Of a stretch of DNA of 64,000 nt, positions 51,766 through 62,423 are shown in pieces. A model generated the notes under the pieces. That model searched no databases. It was not told where the DNA came from and was given only the letters and a program-made list of their open reading frames with translations. Location of the stretch: NCBI GenBank assembly GCA_964252035.1, contig OZ176203.1. One strand, given 5' to 3'. Made by a program: the position numbers and the translations under genes. Numbering within the stretch: position 1 is the stretch's first letter; each line of letters starts with the position of its first letter. This DNA comes from Podarcis erhardii. Taxonomy: Eukaryota.

Positions 51766-53991
51766 CAAATTTTCTGTAGGAAGTAAACACTGAAAGAATT
51801 AAAAAAAACCTCACACTGCAGTATGTACAGTTTTGTGACATCACATGAATAAATCATTTCATAATAAAAATGAGAACAGTTAAATTAGTGAAATTCCACA
51901 ACGAAAAGATTGCATAAACCCCAGAATTCTTGTGTGTGGTAACGAAACCAGTATTGCACACCTAGCAATACCAGAATAGAATTGCAGTGGTTTGAAATGG
52001 AATAACAAAACGTTAATGTTTGCTTTTGGGGGTGGGGAGGTGCTCTTTACGTTTTAAAAAATGAAAAGGAAAAAAAGATTGACTTTCCCCCCAGACCCTT
52101 TCATTTGAAGCACATTCTTTCACAAAGCTAAAATACCACAGCAGAAGTCATGTCCAGAAACAGAATACAATTGTGTTTGATAAACATCTGGTTTGACTTA
52201 AGACATATTTGCCATTGCAGAGATGCATAGGGTCTCCCATGCATTTTTCATGCAGCAGGTAATTACAATATTAAATAAAACATTTTCTGTACATTCTTCC
52301 AGACTTGCAAATGTATACATACATGCAAAAAATTTTAAACCTATGTGATCATATTTACATTTAATATATGGAATATACATAACAAAAAGATTAAAATGTT
52401 TTTTCCTTTGCATTAGATAGAATACAAAATATGTATTTTTTCATTAAAGAAACCACTATTTACATCACTTTTTTAAAAATCAATTTCAACATGTATGTGT
52501 AACAAGTCTATATATTTACATATGTATACATATACATATATATAAAATATAACTTACCAGTTTACTCAACTAAATTGCAGCAGAGATAAACTGGCAACAT
52601 TTTGTTGTCATTAATGACTGCTCTATCACATTTCACTGATGTTTTGCTGGGGGAAACTTAAATCATTTATTTCAAAAAAATGTAAATTAAGCACTTTATA
52701 ATCTATTTTTTAAAAATATATAGCTTAAGAAGTAAATACATGGCTGATTTCCCTTTCAAACTGTTGTGTTCTATCTTCAGAGATGAACTGCTCTTACAGA
52801 AATGGGTTTTCAAGGTAATCCTAAACATGCTCAGAGGTTTTACTGAATTCCATCAGATTGCCTTTCAGGTAAGCAGGCATAGGATTCCAAATGTGCCACC
52901 CAATCCTACCCATGTCTATTTAGATGCAAGACCCACTGTGCTCAATTGGGTTTACTTCTAAGTGAGGAAAGGATTGCTGCTTTAAGTCATTTTCTCTAGT
53001 AAAATATAGTGCCCATGTTTTTCTGAAGTTCTAATTTGTGTTTGCCTTTACAGAATGAAACGAGAGAAATGTCCCGACACAGGTCCATATTTTTCCTCTT
53101 TCATACTATGTGGGAAGACAGCGAATTATTTTTTCTTCTGTCCTTATGATGAAACTCTTAATTTCATTCATCCTTTCAACTGTACCAATACAGGTCTCTA
53201 GTTGCAACTACAAAGTTGCAGGTCATGAATTTAAATCTGCCTCCACTCATGTAAAATGGGGGCTGGGCCTCCACTTTGAACGAAAAGGCATTAGTGGTTG
53301 AGAAACCCAGAACTCCCCCCCTCCCTTTAGTTTTTCCTCTTCTTCCTCTTCCAGGTAGACTGATGGATTAAAGTCCTGCTGAAAGAAGCCTCTGGAGAAC
53401 AGCAGGGGGCTAAGTGTAGGTGTGCCTGCATGTTGCCATCAGTCCCCTATTTTACACACAATTGGTGCAGATCAAAGTCTCAGGTTTAAGCACATAGCTA
53501 TGCATCATAGTGTATAAATTGATCCTGTGTCACATATTACACTGATGTATACCTGGCAGGTGTGTGCTTTGTATTCAGAACTATGTAAAAGCATGGTCTT
53601 GCCCCACCTTGTTTCCTAAATTACATTTTACTGGTTAAGGCAGGTAATTACATATCTAAAATCTTTTTGAAATAATGTGTTCTACCCCGTTATTGAGATT
53701 TGTGGTGTCAATGAAATACATTACTGAGATGAAATGTACCAACTGAACTGCTGTCATTATAAGGTTCACTATGGGGAAAATTAATCTGCAATGTGTATTT
53801 GTCTATAAATACAGGTAAGCTGAGCTCTTAAAATATTTGTGCAAATAACTCCCAAGAGGAATATGTAAACTGTTAACTATCAGAATTGTCATCTCTAGCA
53901 TCTGTGATGAAAAGCCCACCATCCACTAGAGTATCTTCCTAATTTAGAATATAGAAATGCAGTCTCTATGATTATACCAAGATAGTATAAG

Positions 53992-54104
53992 ACAAAGGCA
54001 ACTTATGGCCCACCAGATGTTGTCCCAACAGCATGGCACATAGTCAGGGGCGACAGGATCTGTAGTCCAATAACTCCTGGAGGGCCACAGGTTGTCAGTC
54101 CCTG
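53992..54104. mobile_element. Degenerate hAT MITE inside the predicted NRIP1 3'UTR
   Basis: GGCCCACCAGATGTTG...TGTAGTCCAA...CTGGAGGGCCACAGGTT...CCCTG core shared with 31234 and 60803. Confidence 0.55.
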
Positions 54105-54293
54105 ATAATAAGCTAACAGTTGTTTGTCATGAAATTAAAGTACACCTGAAGGCGCCATTGGCAACAGGAACAGAATGACTAAATGGTGGGATACAACAGA
54201 GCTTTAGCCAATTTTTTCATGCCAATTTGCACTGGAATTTTCCTATACATTTGTATTTCCTCCAGGGCTATGAATCTACTTGGTCTGTCATTC

Positions 54294-54297
<4 letters not shown>

Positions 54298-54343
<46 letters not shown>

Positions 54344-54365
54344 ACTCTCACACACACACACACAC
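54298..54365. repeat. (TC)n(CA)n compound microsatellite in the 3'UTR
   Basis: Directly visible. Confidence 0.95.
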
Positions 54366-56746
54366 TTTTTAAAATATTAGTATTAATTATATAATGTAAA
54401 TAATAATAATAAAGCTGTGATACTCTGTAGACTAACAGCTGGAACAAATATTTCTAATGCATTTCTCTACCAGGGCAAAGAGAAAAGGTGTTCAGCGACA
54501 AAATAAAGAAGTTTGAATTATATAGCTTTACAACTGATGCCGAGCTTATGGTGGAAGGTAAAACAAGATCTGGTTGAAAATATTTATCTTCTTGTATGTA
54601 AAAGCTTTATCCAGCCAGCAGTAATATATATGCTTTCACCATAATTAAAATCACTCATTGAGTTGAGATGTGCTGAACTTGTCTGATTTTTTTTCCCTAG
54701 GACATTGATAAAAAAAATCCCCTCAAAATCAATGGAAGACTTCAACACATTTGAACTGTGCTGCAATAAACCTTTTAGCTCAGAAGAGTGTAATTTAAAA
54801 AAAAAATATAGTAAATTATACAGAAAAGTGAAGTAATCAAAACCCAACTTAACAAACAGTGCAATTCTATACATGCCACTTAGAAGTAGGTACCACAGAA
54901 ATCAAGGGGACTTATTCCCATGTGTGTATAAGGGTTTTGGGGGGGCAGGGACTTGGGCCCATTAGCCAAATTAGGCTTTGCAGCCATACCCACTCATCAA
55001 CATGGCTCATGGGTGGGGGAATCCTGTTCTACAACCCTAGTGTATAGGATCACAGCTTAACTGATCTTCTGAGTTAGACTGCTACATGTTTAAAAGCACT
55101 GCAGTAGACACAGGTTTTACTGAAACTAAAATTCAGTACAAACTCAAAATATCCTACTTAGGTAAATTTTGTCTAAGAAGTTGGAGAGCGATAAACAGAA
55201 CTTTTAAAAACTGCCATTCCGTTCTTTCAATTTACAATACTTCATTTCCCTTAATTCTGGTTTATTAAATATTAATTAATTTACCACAAACGATCTTTTC
55301 ACTGACCACTAATATCAATACATATGCCACCTTCTTACCAAAAAGCCTTCTAAACATGTCAGCATTTTCAATACTTCAGTAGTGCTCATACTGTAAAGCA
55401 AGACTGAGCTGATGGGAAAAGATACCAACGTGATGCGTTACCTATTCTTTTTTCTCTCTTAAACAAAATGCAACATTGATTCTGGAAAATCCAAAGTTCA
55501 CTAATGTGTTCCTTCACCAAGCATAAATGGGGAGAAAATGAAAGTGGGTGAGGGACATATTTTGCTACCAGGATTTTGCAAATCTAGCTTTATAAATAAC
55601 TCATAGCCCAGGTTTTATATTTATTTCAGCTGAGTGTCTAGGGAAGGCATTCTCCAAATGCAACTAGAGAAAATACATAAGATATTTCTTGTGGTTCTCC
55701 CAGATATTAAAATGCAATCAAAAGCCATTAGGAAGCACCCAAAGGTTTCATTTCTATACATTTCTCCAGTTAACACTGAGGATGATTACTAATATGCTAG
55801 AGTAGACTAATGCCTTGGTCTTGGTGTTCCATTTACAAAAAAAGGGGTTCTTCACATTTCATACATGTATGAAAACACAAAGTTATACTGCCCCAGTGCT
55901 TAAGAGTTTCAAAAAGGAAAATATATCATGCGACAGGATGAAATGCTGCAAAACACTCTGCCAGCAGTGTCAGCTTTATGCATTGCATGTGTAATACTAG
56001 TAGTTCCAAATAAGTACCTTTTTATAATATATAACCCAGAATAATTGCTGCTACCTCTGTATTTTCCCCCTACACTGGCTCAGATATTTGTAAATAATTC
56101 CACCCATGTGGTTCAGCTTCCTGCCATGTTTTTAACTGGGACCTGCTGGTGAAGAGAAGGGAATAAATCCTGAGGCGCCAGGCAAAAACTTTTATATATA
56201 ACCAGGCCTTTAGCTATCTGTGGCCTTTTAGAATTGGGATGTCTTTTAATTTATGTGGGGATTTTTGTTTGTAAGTTGCTTTGGGTTGCCCTAGGCAAGA
56301 TAAAGCGACTGACCAAATTCAAGAAATAATAATAAAAAGTAATAATAATAATTTTTAAATATAAGAATAAATCATATACATGACATCCAAGGTCCACAGG
56401 AAGATCATCTGCCATCATTTGTATGATTTGGAAACATATCAGGAAGCTGAACCCCATGGTTTTAAACCTTTGCACAAACACCAGCAGTCAGTTTTCTTAT
56501 GAATTTTGATGTAACTAACAACTTGTGATGATAGGTGCCTGGTGACAAATTTCCTGTAAAGCAAAAATAAAAATAAAAAATTGCTACATGTATTTTAAAT
56601 ATCAGCAGAAAAATTCATCAAACAAAACCATGTTTCAGTTATACCATGCTTTTCTCAAATCATGCTAGATTTATACAACACTTTTTTTTAAAAAAAAAAA
56701 GCAAAGATTTAAACCTGACTGTAAACACTTCTAATATGATTATAAT

Positions 56747-59700
56747 TTACTCTGGTTCTTTTTTAATTGTTAATACTTTGTCTAAGAGTCCGTATACATT
56801 TCCATTCACATTGTGTTGAAGGGACACTTTATTACTTGAATGACTACTGTAAGTATTTCTTACATTATGAAATGGCATTTTACATTCTGCAACAGGCGAT
56901 AACTCTTTCTTAAATGTGACAACAGATGAATGTTCTGTAAATGACGTATCACTCCAAACATCTTTGCCATGTGCTTCCTGAATATTAATGGAATTCCCAC
57001 CTTTCTGTAACATGTAATATAATATAGGATTAGTTTTGGTCAGTCTTGGGGAATCTCGCTCATGTTCATTTTTGTCCGTATCTGTGATGACCCATTTTAT
57101 AGGTCCCCTTTCTCTAGGTACATGGCAAACACTAAACTGGTCACATTCAGGTTTTGATGAAACTGTGCCTCCCAAATGTTCAGTGAAGGGAGAACTGGCA
57201 GGACTCCTCATTGCAACTGAATACTGAAATGTTCGGTGATCCAAACAACTGGTTTGCTGTCCAGGATTTCCCATTAGCGTATGTACTGAAGGGACACTGA
57301 ATTCAGGTTTGCTGTTATTTGTGAGGTTATTTTTTGTTCCTTTCTTTTTGCCATCAGTTACTGCTGAATTATTCCTATGCTGAGGCACGTCTTTTTCACA
57401 ATTTTCTGACAGAAGCAGTTGTTTCAACACGTTAAATCCTTTGCTTTCTCTAGACCAAGTCCTATTTTCACTTTCATTATTTGAACCGTGACCTGAAGGG
57501 TATTTTAATTCAACATCAGTTCTGCTAAATTTCAATTCTTTCTGGTTGAGTCCAGGACCATACAAGGCATCTGCAGAAGACTTATGATTGTTTGCAGCAT
57601 CAGATATGTTACCTTTGTTACCTTTTAGCAATTTCAAATGACCTTCTGAAGGTTCAGGATGCAGCTTCCTCTTCTTTGGGACTGTGCTGGGGCTTTTTGA
57701 TTCCACAAAAGTCTGTTCCGCATTTCTGTGGCTCCTGTCCAGTTCATCTGCAGAATAGCTATCTTGACTCTGCCTCAGCAATCGACTTAGTAGGCCATTC
57801 TTTGAAAAAGAAAAGCCTTGAGGTGAGAGAGGGTTGGGTTTAAATTCCTCTGATGCTGGAGAAGTAGCTGAATGTCTCTCTAATGAATGAGCTATTCCAT
57901 GATATTTCTTGCTAACACTTTCCCTTACTTGCTGTGCATTTGGATTCTGAAGGGCATTTGATTCCTCAGAAGGTTCAGCTTTTATTTTTACAGTCAATAT
58001 TTGTTCATTCAAAGCCTTTTCTGTCGGGTCTTGTAAACTCTCTTCTTTTGAATGCATCCTCTCCTTTGTTTCAGTCATACCTTTGTTGGAGGTTCCCAGA
58101 AGCAGTTGGAGGACAGTGCGTCTTTCAAGTAGATTCTGGATTTCTGAACTGGGAAATCTTTGTTCAGCTGGTAGAGGCTGACTACTGACAATTTTGTTTT
58201 CTTCAAGTGCACCTGATGCATTAGTAATCAGGGAGCTATTTAATCCATCTATCAATCCAACTGGTTTCTCTGGGTTTAGAGTCATCATTTGTTTGCCTGT
58301 CTGCCTTTGCTCATCTATTGACATGGAAGACTGCATCCCACATTGAGCTAAGTTTTGCAAAAGTTTACTTGCACTAAAAGATGGATTTGTTTGTACAGTT
58401 TCATTTCTGCTCTGTTTAGTTCCTTGAATTTCTTTGTGTACTGTAAGATCTATCAAGTGTTTAGAAGCTGGATTAATTAGTCTTTCAGGCTGTATGATGC
58501 AAGTGTATGGTGGTGAATTATGTTTGACCAATAAAGGAGAATGGTGTGAAAGGTTGATGGGGGAATCCGCTTGTGTAGAATTTAGCAGAGGAGGAGTGTT
58601 TATTGGAGTAATTTGATTTGTACTAGAGCAATCTGTCATAGGAGTTCTGTTACCCATTGCTAAATTAAATTTTGTCACATCAGCTGAAACTAATGCACTC
58701 TCAGTTTCTGTGATTTTCTCAACATTGTCTTCATTTTTATGGCCAAGTAATAACTGAAGCAAAGTTACTTTCTGATGTGGATTGAGTTTTGCATTTTTAG
58801 AGGGACTTTTCTCTTCTACATTTTCTAGACAAGGAACTTTTGAATCCCAGTTGTGAAGTATGGATTGGGTTAAATTGTCTAGAGAAGCTGGTTGCGCAGA
58901 ATCTGGTTTATTTGTTTTCTGTTTGAAAGATAAGTCTATAGGAAGACAATTAGAATGAGAACTTTCATCATCACTGCTGTCATCTTCTGTAAAACTTGGA
59001 TTGTTGTCAGAATACTCATCAACCGTAGTTGGTGTACTACTCTCCTCAAAAATACTGGACCTTTCATTCTGTTCATATCCTTTAGTCTGCTTAGTAGCAC
59101 TGTGATTTTTAAGGAGATGTAAAAGTAAACTACTGTTGGTAGGTGGTTTCATATGATTTTTTTCCATCGTTGTTTTGTAGCCTATGCTTTTAGGAGATGA
59201 ATGAATTACCCCCATAGGACTCTGAAAATGTGTCATATTGCTTTTGTTGGTTATTGATTTGGTTGAAGATCTTACCTGACCATTAGGATGGCTTTCAATT
59301 CCTTTTGACAGTTTGAAATGGCCAACATCTTTCGGAACACTTTCTTTTAATCTTGCCATAGCAGCAAGTCTCTCACTTGCAATTTGACTTGCATTTTGTG
59401 CTTTTAGAGCATGTTCTCTGGAGTACTGCTGCAAGTGCGCTTCACTTGAAAGAAGCAAGGCTAGCTGACTACAAGCCACACTGGGTTTAGGAGACGTAGC
59501 AGGACTAGACCTTTTTTCCACCATGCTTGCAACAGCTTGTAATCTTGCAGCACAAGACAACGACTCACTCATCACCTTGGAACCACTTTGTCCTGTATGC
59601 GAAGATTCTATAAACCGATCTTTAACCAGATTAGCTGTTAGCTCAGGCAGACCAGTCTCCAGCTTTTCATCTTTTGCTTTGCTCTTCTTCAGGAGAGTCT

Positions 59701-60256
59701 TCAAGTGACTGGATGCAACACCATAGCACCTTAAGTCTTTCTCAACTTGCAGAGAATCGTGGCTAAGGGAATACCCTTGCTCCTTGAGGCTCTGCCTAAT
59801 CTGTTGTGACAAAGCAACGCTCTGCAGCCTAGAGCTGAATGACTGAAGCAAAGAGGCCAGTAATGTGCTATCCTGTTTGCCTTTAGGCACATTTTCAACC
59901 ATGCCAGCTAACAAAGCTTCTTTTTTCCCATTTAAATCCACAATAGAATCAGACAAGCGTCTTCTCTTTGCTGCATTCCAGTCTTCAGAAGACTGCAATA
60001 GCCTTGCCTTTTTGTGATGCAGCATGCCAGAACCTTGATATGTATGTGTGTTAGCAACTGAAGCATCTCTTTGACAGCTGGGAGATGTATTTCCAGAAAC
60101 CCTGAAGTTCTGATCTTCTGCACCAGGCCCAACAGGCTTTTTGTCAACCGCAGAACCCGAACCTCCTGCTGCTTGATGCATTAGTAATCCCTCTAGGTAA
60201 GTTAGAACAACGGAATCCTGGTGCATCTCAGAGACAAGCTCTTCTCCATGAGTCAT
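56747..60256 (-). CDS. NRIP1: Nuclear receptor-interacting protein 1 (RIP140), intronless CDS, 1169 aa
   Basis: Uninterrupted ORF starting MTHGEELVSEMHQDSVVLTYLEGLLMHQ (canonical RIP140 N-terminus). Contains nine LxxLL boxes (LEGLL, LASLL, LKTLL, LALLL, LLHLL, LLQLL, LQLLL, LSRLL, LKQLL), a C-terminal LYYML, CtBP motifs PIDLS and PINLS, and basic NLS-like KRRRL and PKKRK. ATG at 60256-60254 (context GAACATGA); TAA at 56749-56747. Confidence 0.98.
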   Translation of the reverse strand: MTHGEELVSEMHQDSVVLTYLEGLLMHQAAGGSGSAVDKKPVGPGAEDQNFRVSGNTSPSCQRDASVANTHTYQGSGMLHHKKARLLQSSEDWNAAKRRRLSDSIVDLNGKKEALLAGMVENVPKGKQDSTLLASLLQSFSSRLQSVALSQQIRQSLKEQGYSLSHDSLQVEKDLRCYGVASSHLKTLLKKSKAKDEKLETGLPELTANLVKDRFIESSHTGQSGSKVMSESLSCAARLQAVASMVEKRSSPATSPKPSVACSQLALLLSSEAHLQQYSREHALKAQNASQIASERLAAMARLKESVPKDVGHFKLSKGIESHPNGQVRSSTKSITNKSNMTHFQSPMGVIHSSPKSIGYKTTMEKNHMKPPTNSSLLLHLLKNHSATKQTKGYEQNERSSIFEESSTPTTVDEYSDNNPSFTEDDSSDDESSHSNCLPIDLSFKQKTNKPDSAQPASLDNLTQSILHNWDSKVPCLENVEEKSPSKNAKLNPHQKVTLLQLLLGHKNEDNVEKITETESALVSADVTKFNLAMGNRTPMTDCSSTNQITPINTPPLLNSTQADSPINLSHHSPLLVKHNSPPYTCIIQPERLINPASKHLIDLTVHKEIQGTKQSRNETVQTNPSFSASKLLQNLAQCGMQSSMSIDEQRQTGKQMMTLNPEKPVGLIDGLNSSLITNASGALEENKIVSSQPLPAEQRFPSSEIQNLLERRTVLQLLLGTSNKGMTETKERMHSKEESLQDPTEKALNEQILTVKIKAEPSEESNALQNPNAQQVRESVSKKYHGIAHSLERHSATSPASEEFKPNPLSPQGFSFSKNGLLSRLLRQSQDSYSADELDRSHRNAEQTFVESKSPSTVPKKRKLHPEPSEGHLKLLKGNKGNISDAANNHKSSADALYGPGLNQKELKFSRTDVELKYPSGHGSNNESENRTWSRESKGFNVLKQLLLSENCEKDVPQHRNNSAVTDGKKKGTKNNLTNNSKPEFSVPSVHTLMGNPGQQTSCLDHRTFQYSVAMRSPASSPFTEHLGGTVSSKPECDQFSVCHVPRERGPIKWVITDTDKNEHERDSPRLTKTNPILYYMLQKGGNSINIQEAHGKDVWSDTSFTEHSSVVTFKKELSPVAECKMPFHNVRNTYSSHSSNKVSLQHNVNGNVYGLLDKVLTIKKEPE

Positions 60257-60598
60257 GTTCAATACAAGTATCCACAAAGGCTCCCTTTTTATTCACTTTA
60301 AGGACTAACTTGTTATTGGTGAACTGAGATTCAGATTAATAAGCAAGTCTACTGTTGCCTTCAAAATGTGATGCAGAACAGGTGCAGTAGTCCTTGATTG
60401 ATTCTCTCATTAAGTTTTTGTGGAAAACTAAAAGTTCCATTTTTATGCATCTCTGCACATGCATTTATGAAGGTGATCCAGATTGACTTATTTAAAACAT
60501 GGTTCCAGAGGAAACATATTCATATTCTTCTAGTAGATTTCTGCAGCTGAGGTTTTCTTTTTTCAGTCTTTTCTCATCATATTGTACATGCTTAATTC
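60257..60598 (-). other. NRIP1: 5'UTR portion of the NRIP1 last exon
   Basis: Lies between the predicted acceptor and the ATG; contains 11 upstream AUGs. Confidence 0.75.
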
Positions 60599-60635
60599 CT
60601 ATGAAGCAAAAAAGGAGAAAAAAAATCAGCAAAAG
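60598..60635 (-). promoter_or_regulatory. 3' splice acceptor of the NRIP1 coding exon
   Basis: Minus strand reads GCTGATTTTTTTTTCTCCTTTTTTGCTTCATAG|GAATT: branch-like CTGAT, long polypyrimidine tract, AG at 60600-60599. The exon starts at 60598, 342 nt upstream of the ATG, consistent with the known NRIP1 structure (non-coding upstream exons plus one large coding exon). Confidence 0.8.
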
Positions 60636-60802
60636 TATTTTGAAGGTACCAAAATTGTATTCAAGCAAAAACAGAAGCGCATCACACAGCTCTGTTGTCT
60701 TTTGATCAGCTAATTCTTCCTGAACAAACCAGCACCTTGCACTTTTGTTTCCTTAAAAAGTGTTGCTTGAAAGCCCCTCTTCACACAAATGATAGGTTAC
60801 AG

Positions 60803-60938
60803 CAGGCATAGGCAAACTCGGCCCTCCAGATGTTTTGAGACTACAATTCCCATCACCCCTGACCACTGGTCCTGTTAGGTATGGATGATGGGAGTTGTAG
60901 CTCCAAAACATCTGGAGGGCCAAGTTTGCCTGTGGCTG
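60803..60938. mobile_element. hAT MITE in the NRIP1 intron
   Basis: TIRs CAGGCATAGGCAAACTCGGCCCTCCAGATGTTTTG / CAAAACATCTGGAGGGCCAAGTTTGCCTGTGGCTG; TSD GGTTACAG/GATTACAG (7/8). Confidence 0.88.
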
Positions 60939-61807
60939 GATTACAGTTAATAGAATGTCCCAATACAGGCATTGAAAAGAGGGGGAGGGCACAATGGGCT
61001 CCAAAGAGTCAGGGACAAACTGAAGCACCTTGGCTGTCCTGTCCCCCGCCCCAACTTGAAGCCACGGAATGACGGCAGAAACTGGAAAGCAAGCACTTGA
61101 TGTTGGTGTCTGCCTTCCTTAACAAATACATGATTCAGATAGAGTTTACTGTGATACTGGTTATCATCATCATCTCAGAAAGAGGGACACCCCCTCTCTC
61201 TTTGGTATTCACTACTATACATTGTATTGTGTATCACCATTTGGAAATGATCATGAAAGAGAAGAACACGGAGGCTTTTATGGAGCCAGCAAACTGCTAA
61301 ATGTACCCTGTCTTCCAGAATAACAGGCTAAAGATATATCGGCATGGATAGAACAGCAAAGGATTTGGGCCACAGTCTAGAAAGGCTACTTTCCACATAT
61401 GACTATGTGCAGATTTTAATAACTTTTTTTGTACAGCCAATCAATTGGCAAGATTTATATGGAAAGGTGGGCTGCCTCTCCAGCCAAGTGAGTGGGCACA
61501 TAAAAAAACCCAAAACTGACTGCTAACTTTGTTGCTCTGGACTTTTATGTGCCAATAAAGTTTTTTAAAAAGGGAAATGGTAAGCATTAAAAAATTCAAG
61601 ATAAATATTTATTTCCTAACTTAAAAATGATGTAATAACTTTAAAACAAGTCTATTAACAAATCTCAGTCATAAGAGCCAGTGCCTAATGAATGAAGCAT
61701 TAATCTAAAGAGCATGAGAATTAGCTAAAAATCAAAGAAAATAAACATGAAAATTAGTGTCAGTTATACAAGACCCACCCTATACCTGTGACTGTGAACT
61801 GTTTTAA

Positions 61808-61835
61808 CTGCTGCTGCTGCTGCTGCTGCTGCTGC

Positions 61836-61879
<44 letters not shown>
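61808..61879. repeat. Compound (CTG)n(TAA)n microsatellite
   Basis: Directly visible; abuts the MITE. Confidence 0.95.
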
Positions 61880-61880
<1 letters not shown>

Positions 61881-62423
61881 CGTATTTTTCGCCCTATAGG
61901 ACGCACTGCCCCATAAGGCGCACCTAGTTTTTTGGGGGGGAAATAAAGGGGAAAAAATTTATTTCCCCCCCCCCAGGCACAGGGCTGGGGCGGGGGAAGC
62001 CTGAGCTTCCCCCGACCCCAGAACAGGCAACTCTCCGCAAGCCGCGGGACCCCAGCGCCGGGCTCCCGCGCCTTGCGGAGAGCTGCGCCAAGCTTGGGCG
62101 CGCTGAGCTCAGCGCGTGCAGGCTTCAGCGTGTAGGCAACTCTCCGCAAGCCGCGGGAGCCTGGCGCCGGGCTCCTGCACCTTGTGGAGAGCAACCTGAA
62201 GCCCCGGCGTGACTGCTCAGCGCACCGGGGCTAAGGAATAAGAGGCAGGCAGCGCTGTGCAAGCCGGGGGAGCCCTCCCGCGGCTTGCGCACAGCTACCT
62301 GAAGCCGACCCCTCTCACTCTCCAGGCTTCAGCGAAAGCCTGCATTCACCCCATAGGATGCACACACATTTCCCCTTCATTTTTGGAGGGGAAAAAGTGT
62401 GTCCTATAGGGCGAAAAATACGG
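61880..62423. mobile_element. Tc1/mariner (pogo-like) MITE, long GC-rich form
   Basis: TIRs CCGTATTTTTCGCCCTATAGGAC / GTCCTATAGGGCGAAAAATACGG, TA on both sides; internal direct repeats GCAACTCTCCGCAAGCCGCGGG..GCGCCGGGCTCC. Confidence 0.92.

Larger units (their letters stand above)
51740..56746 (-). other. NRIP1: Predicted NRIP1 3'UTR (about 5 kb)
   Basis: AU-rich sequence downstream of the stop codon, ending at an AATAAA (51765-51760) with an upstream UGUA. The 3' end is inferred; other AATAAA hexamers occur at 55620, 55261 and 52666. Confidence 0.55.

Noticed and set aside
57036-59708. Short antisense ORFs inside NRIP1 (57036, 57592, 57934, 58434, 59523)
   Set aside because: Expected by-products of a long coding strand; no recognisable domain.
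60257-60277. ORF-track N-terminal extension MWILVLN from 60277
   Set aside because: That start is a TTG. The homologous start is MTHGEE at ATG 60256, and an in-frame TGA lies at 60295-60293.
61880-62423. Apparent CpG island / alternative NRIP1 promoter
   Set aside because: Fully bounded by TIRs and TA TSDs; it is a MITE.
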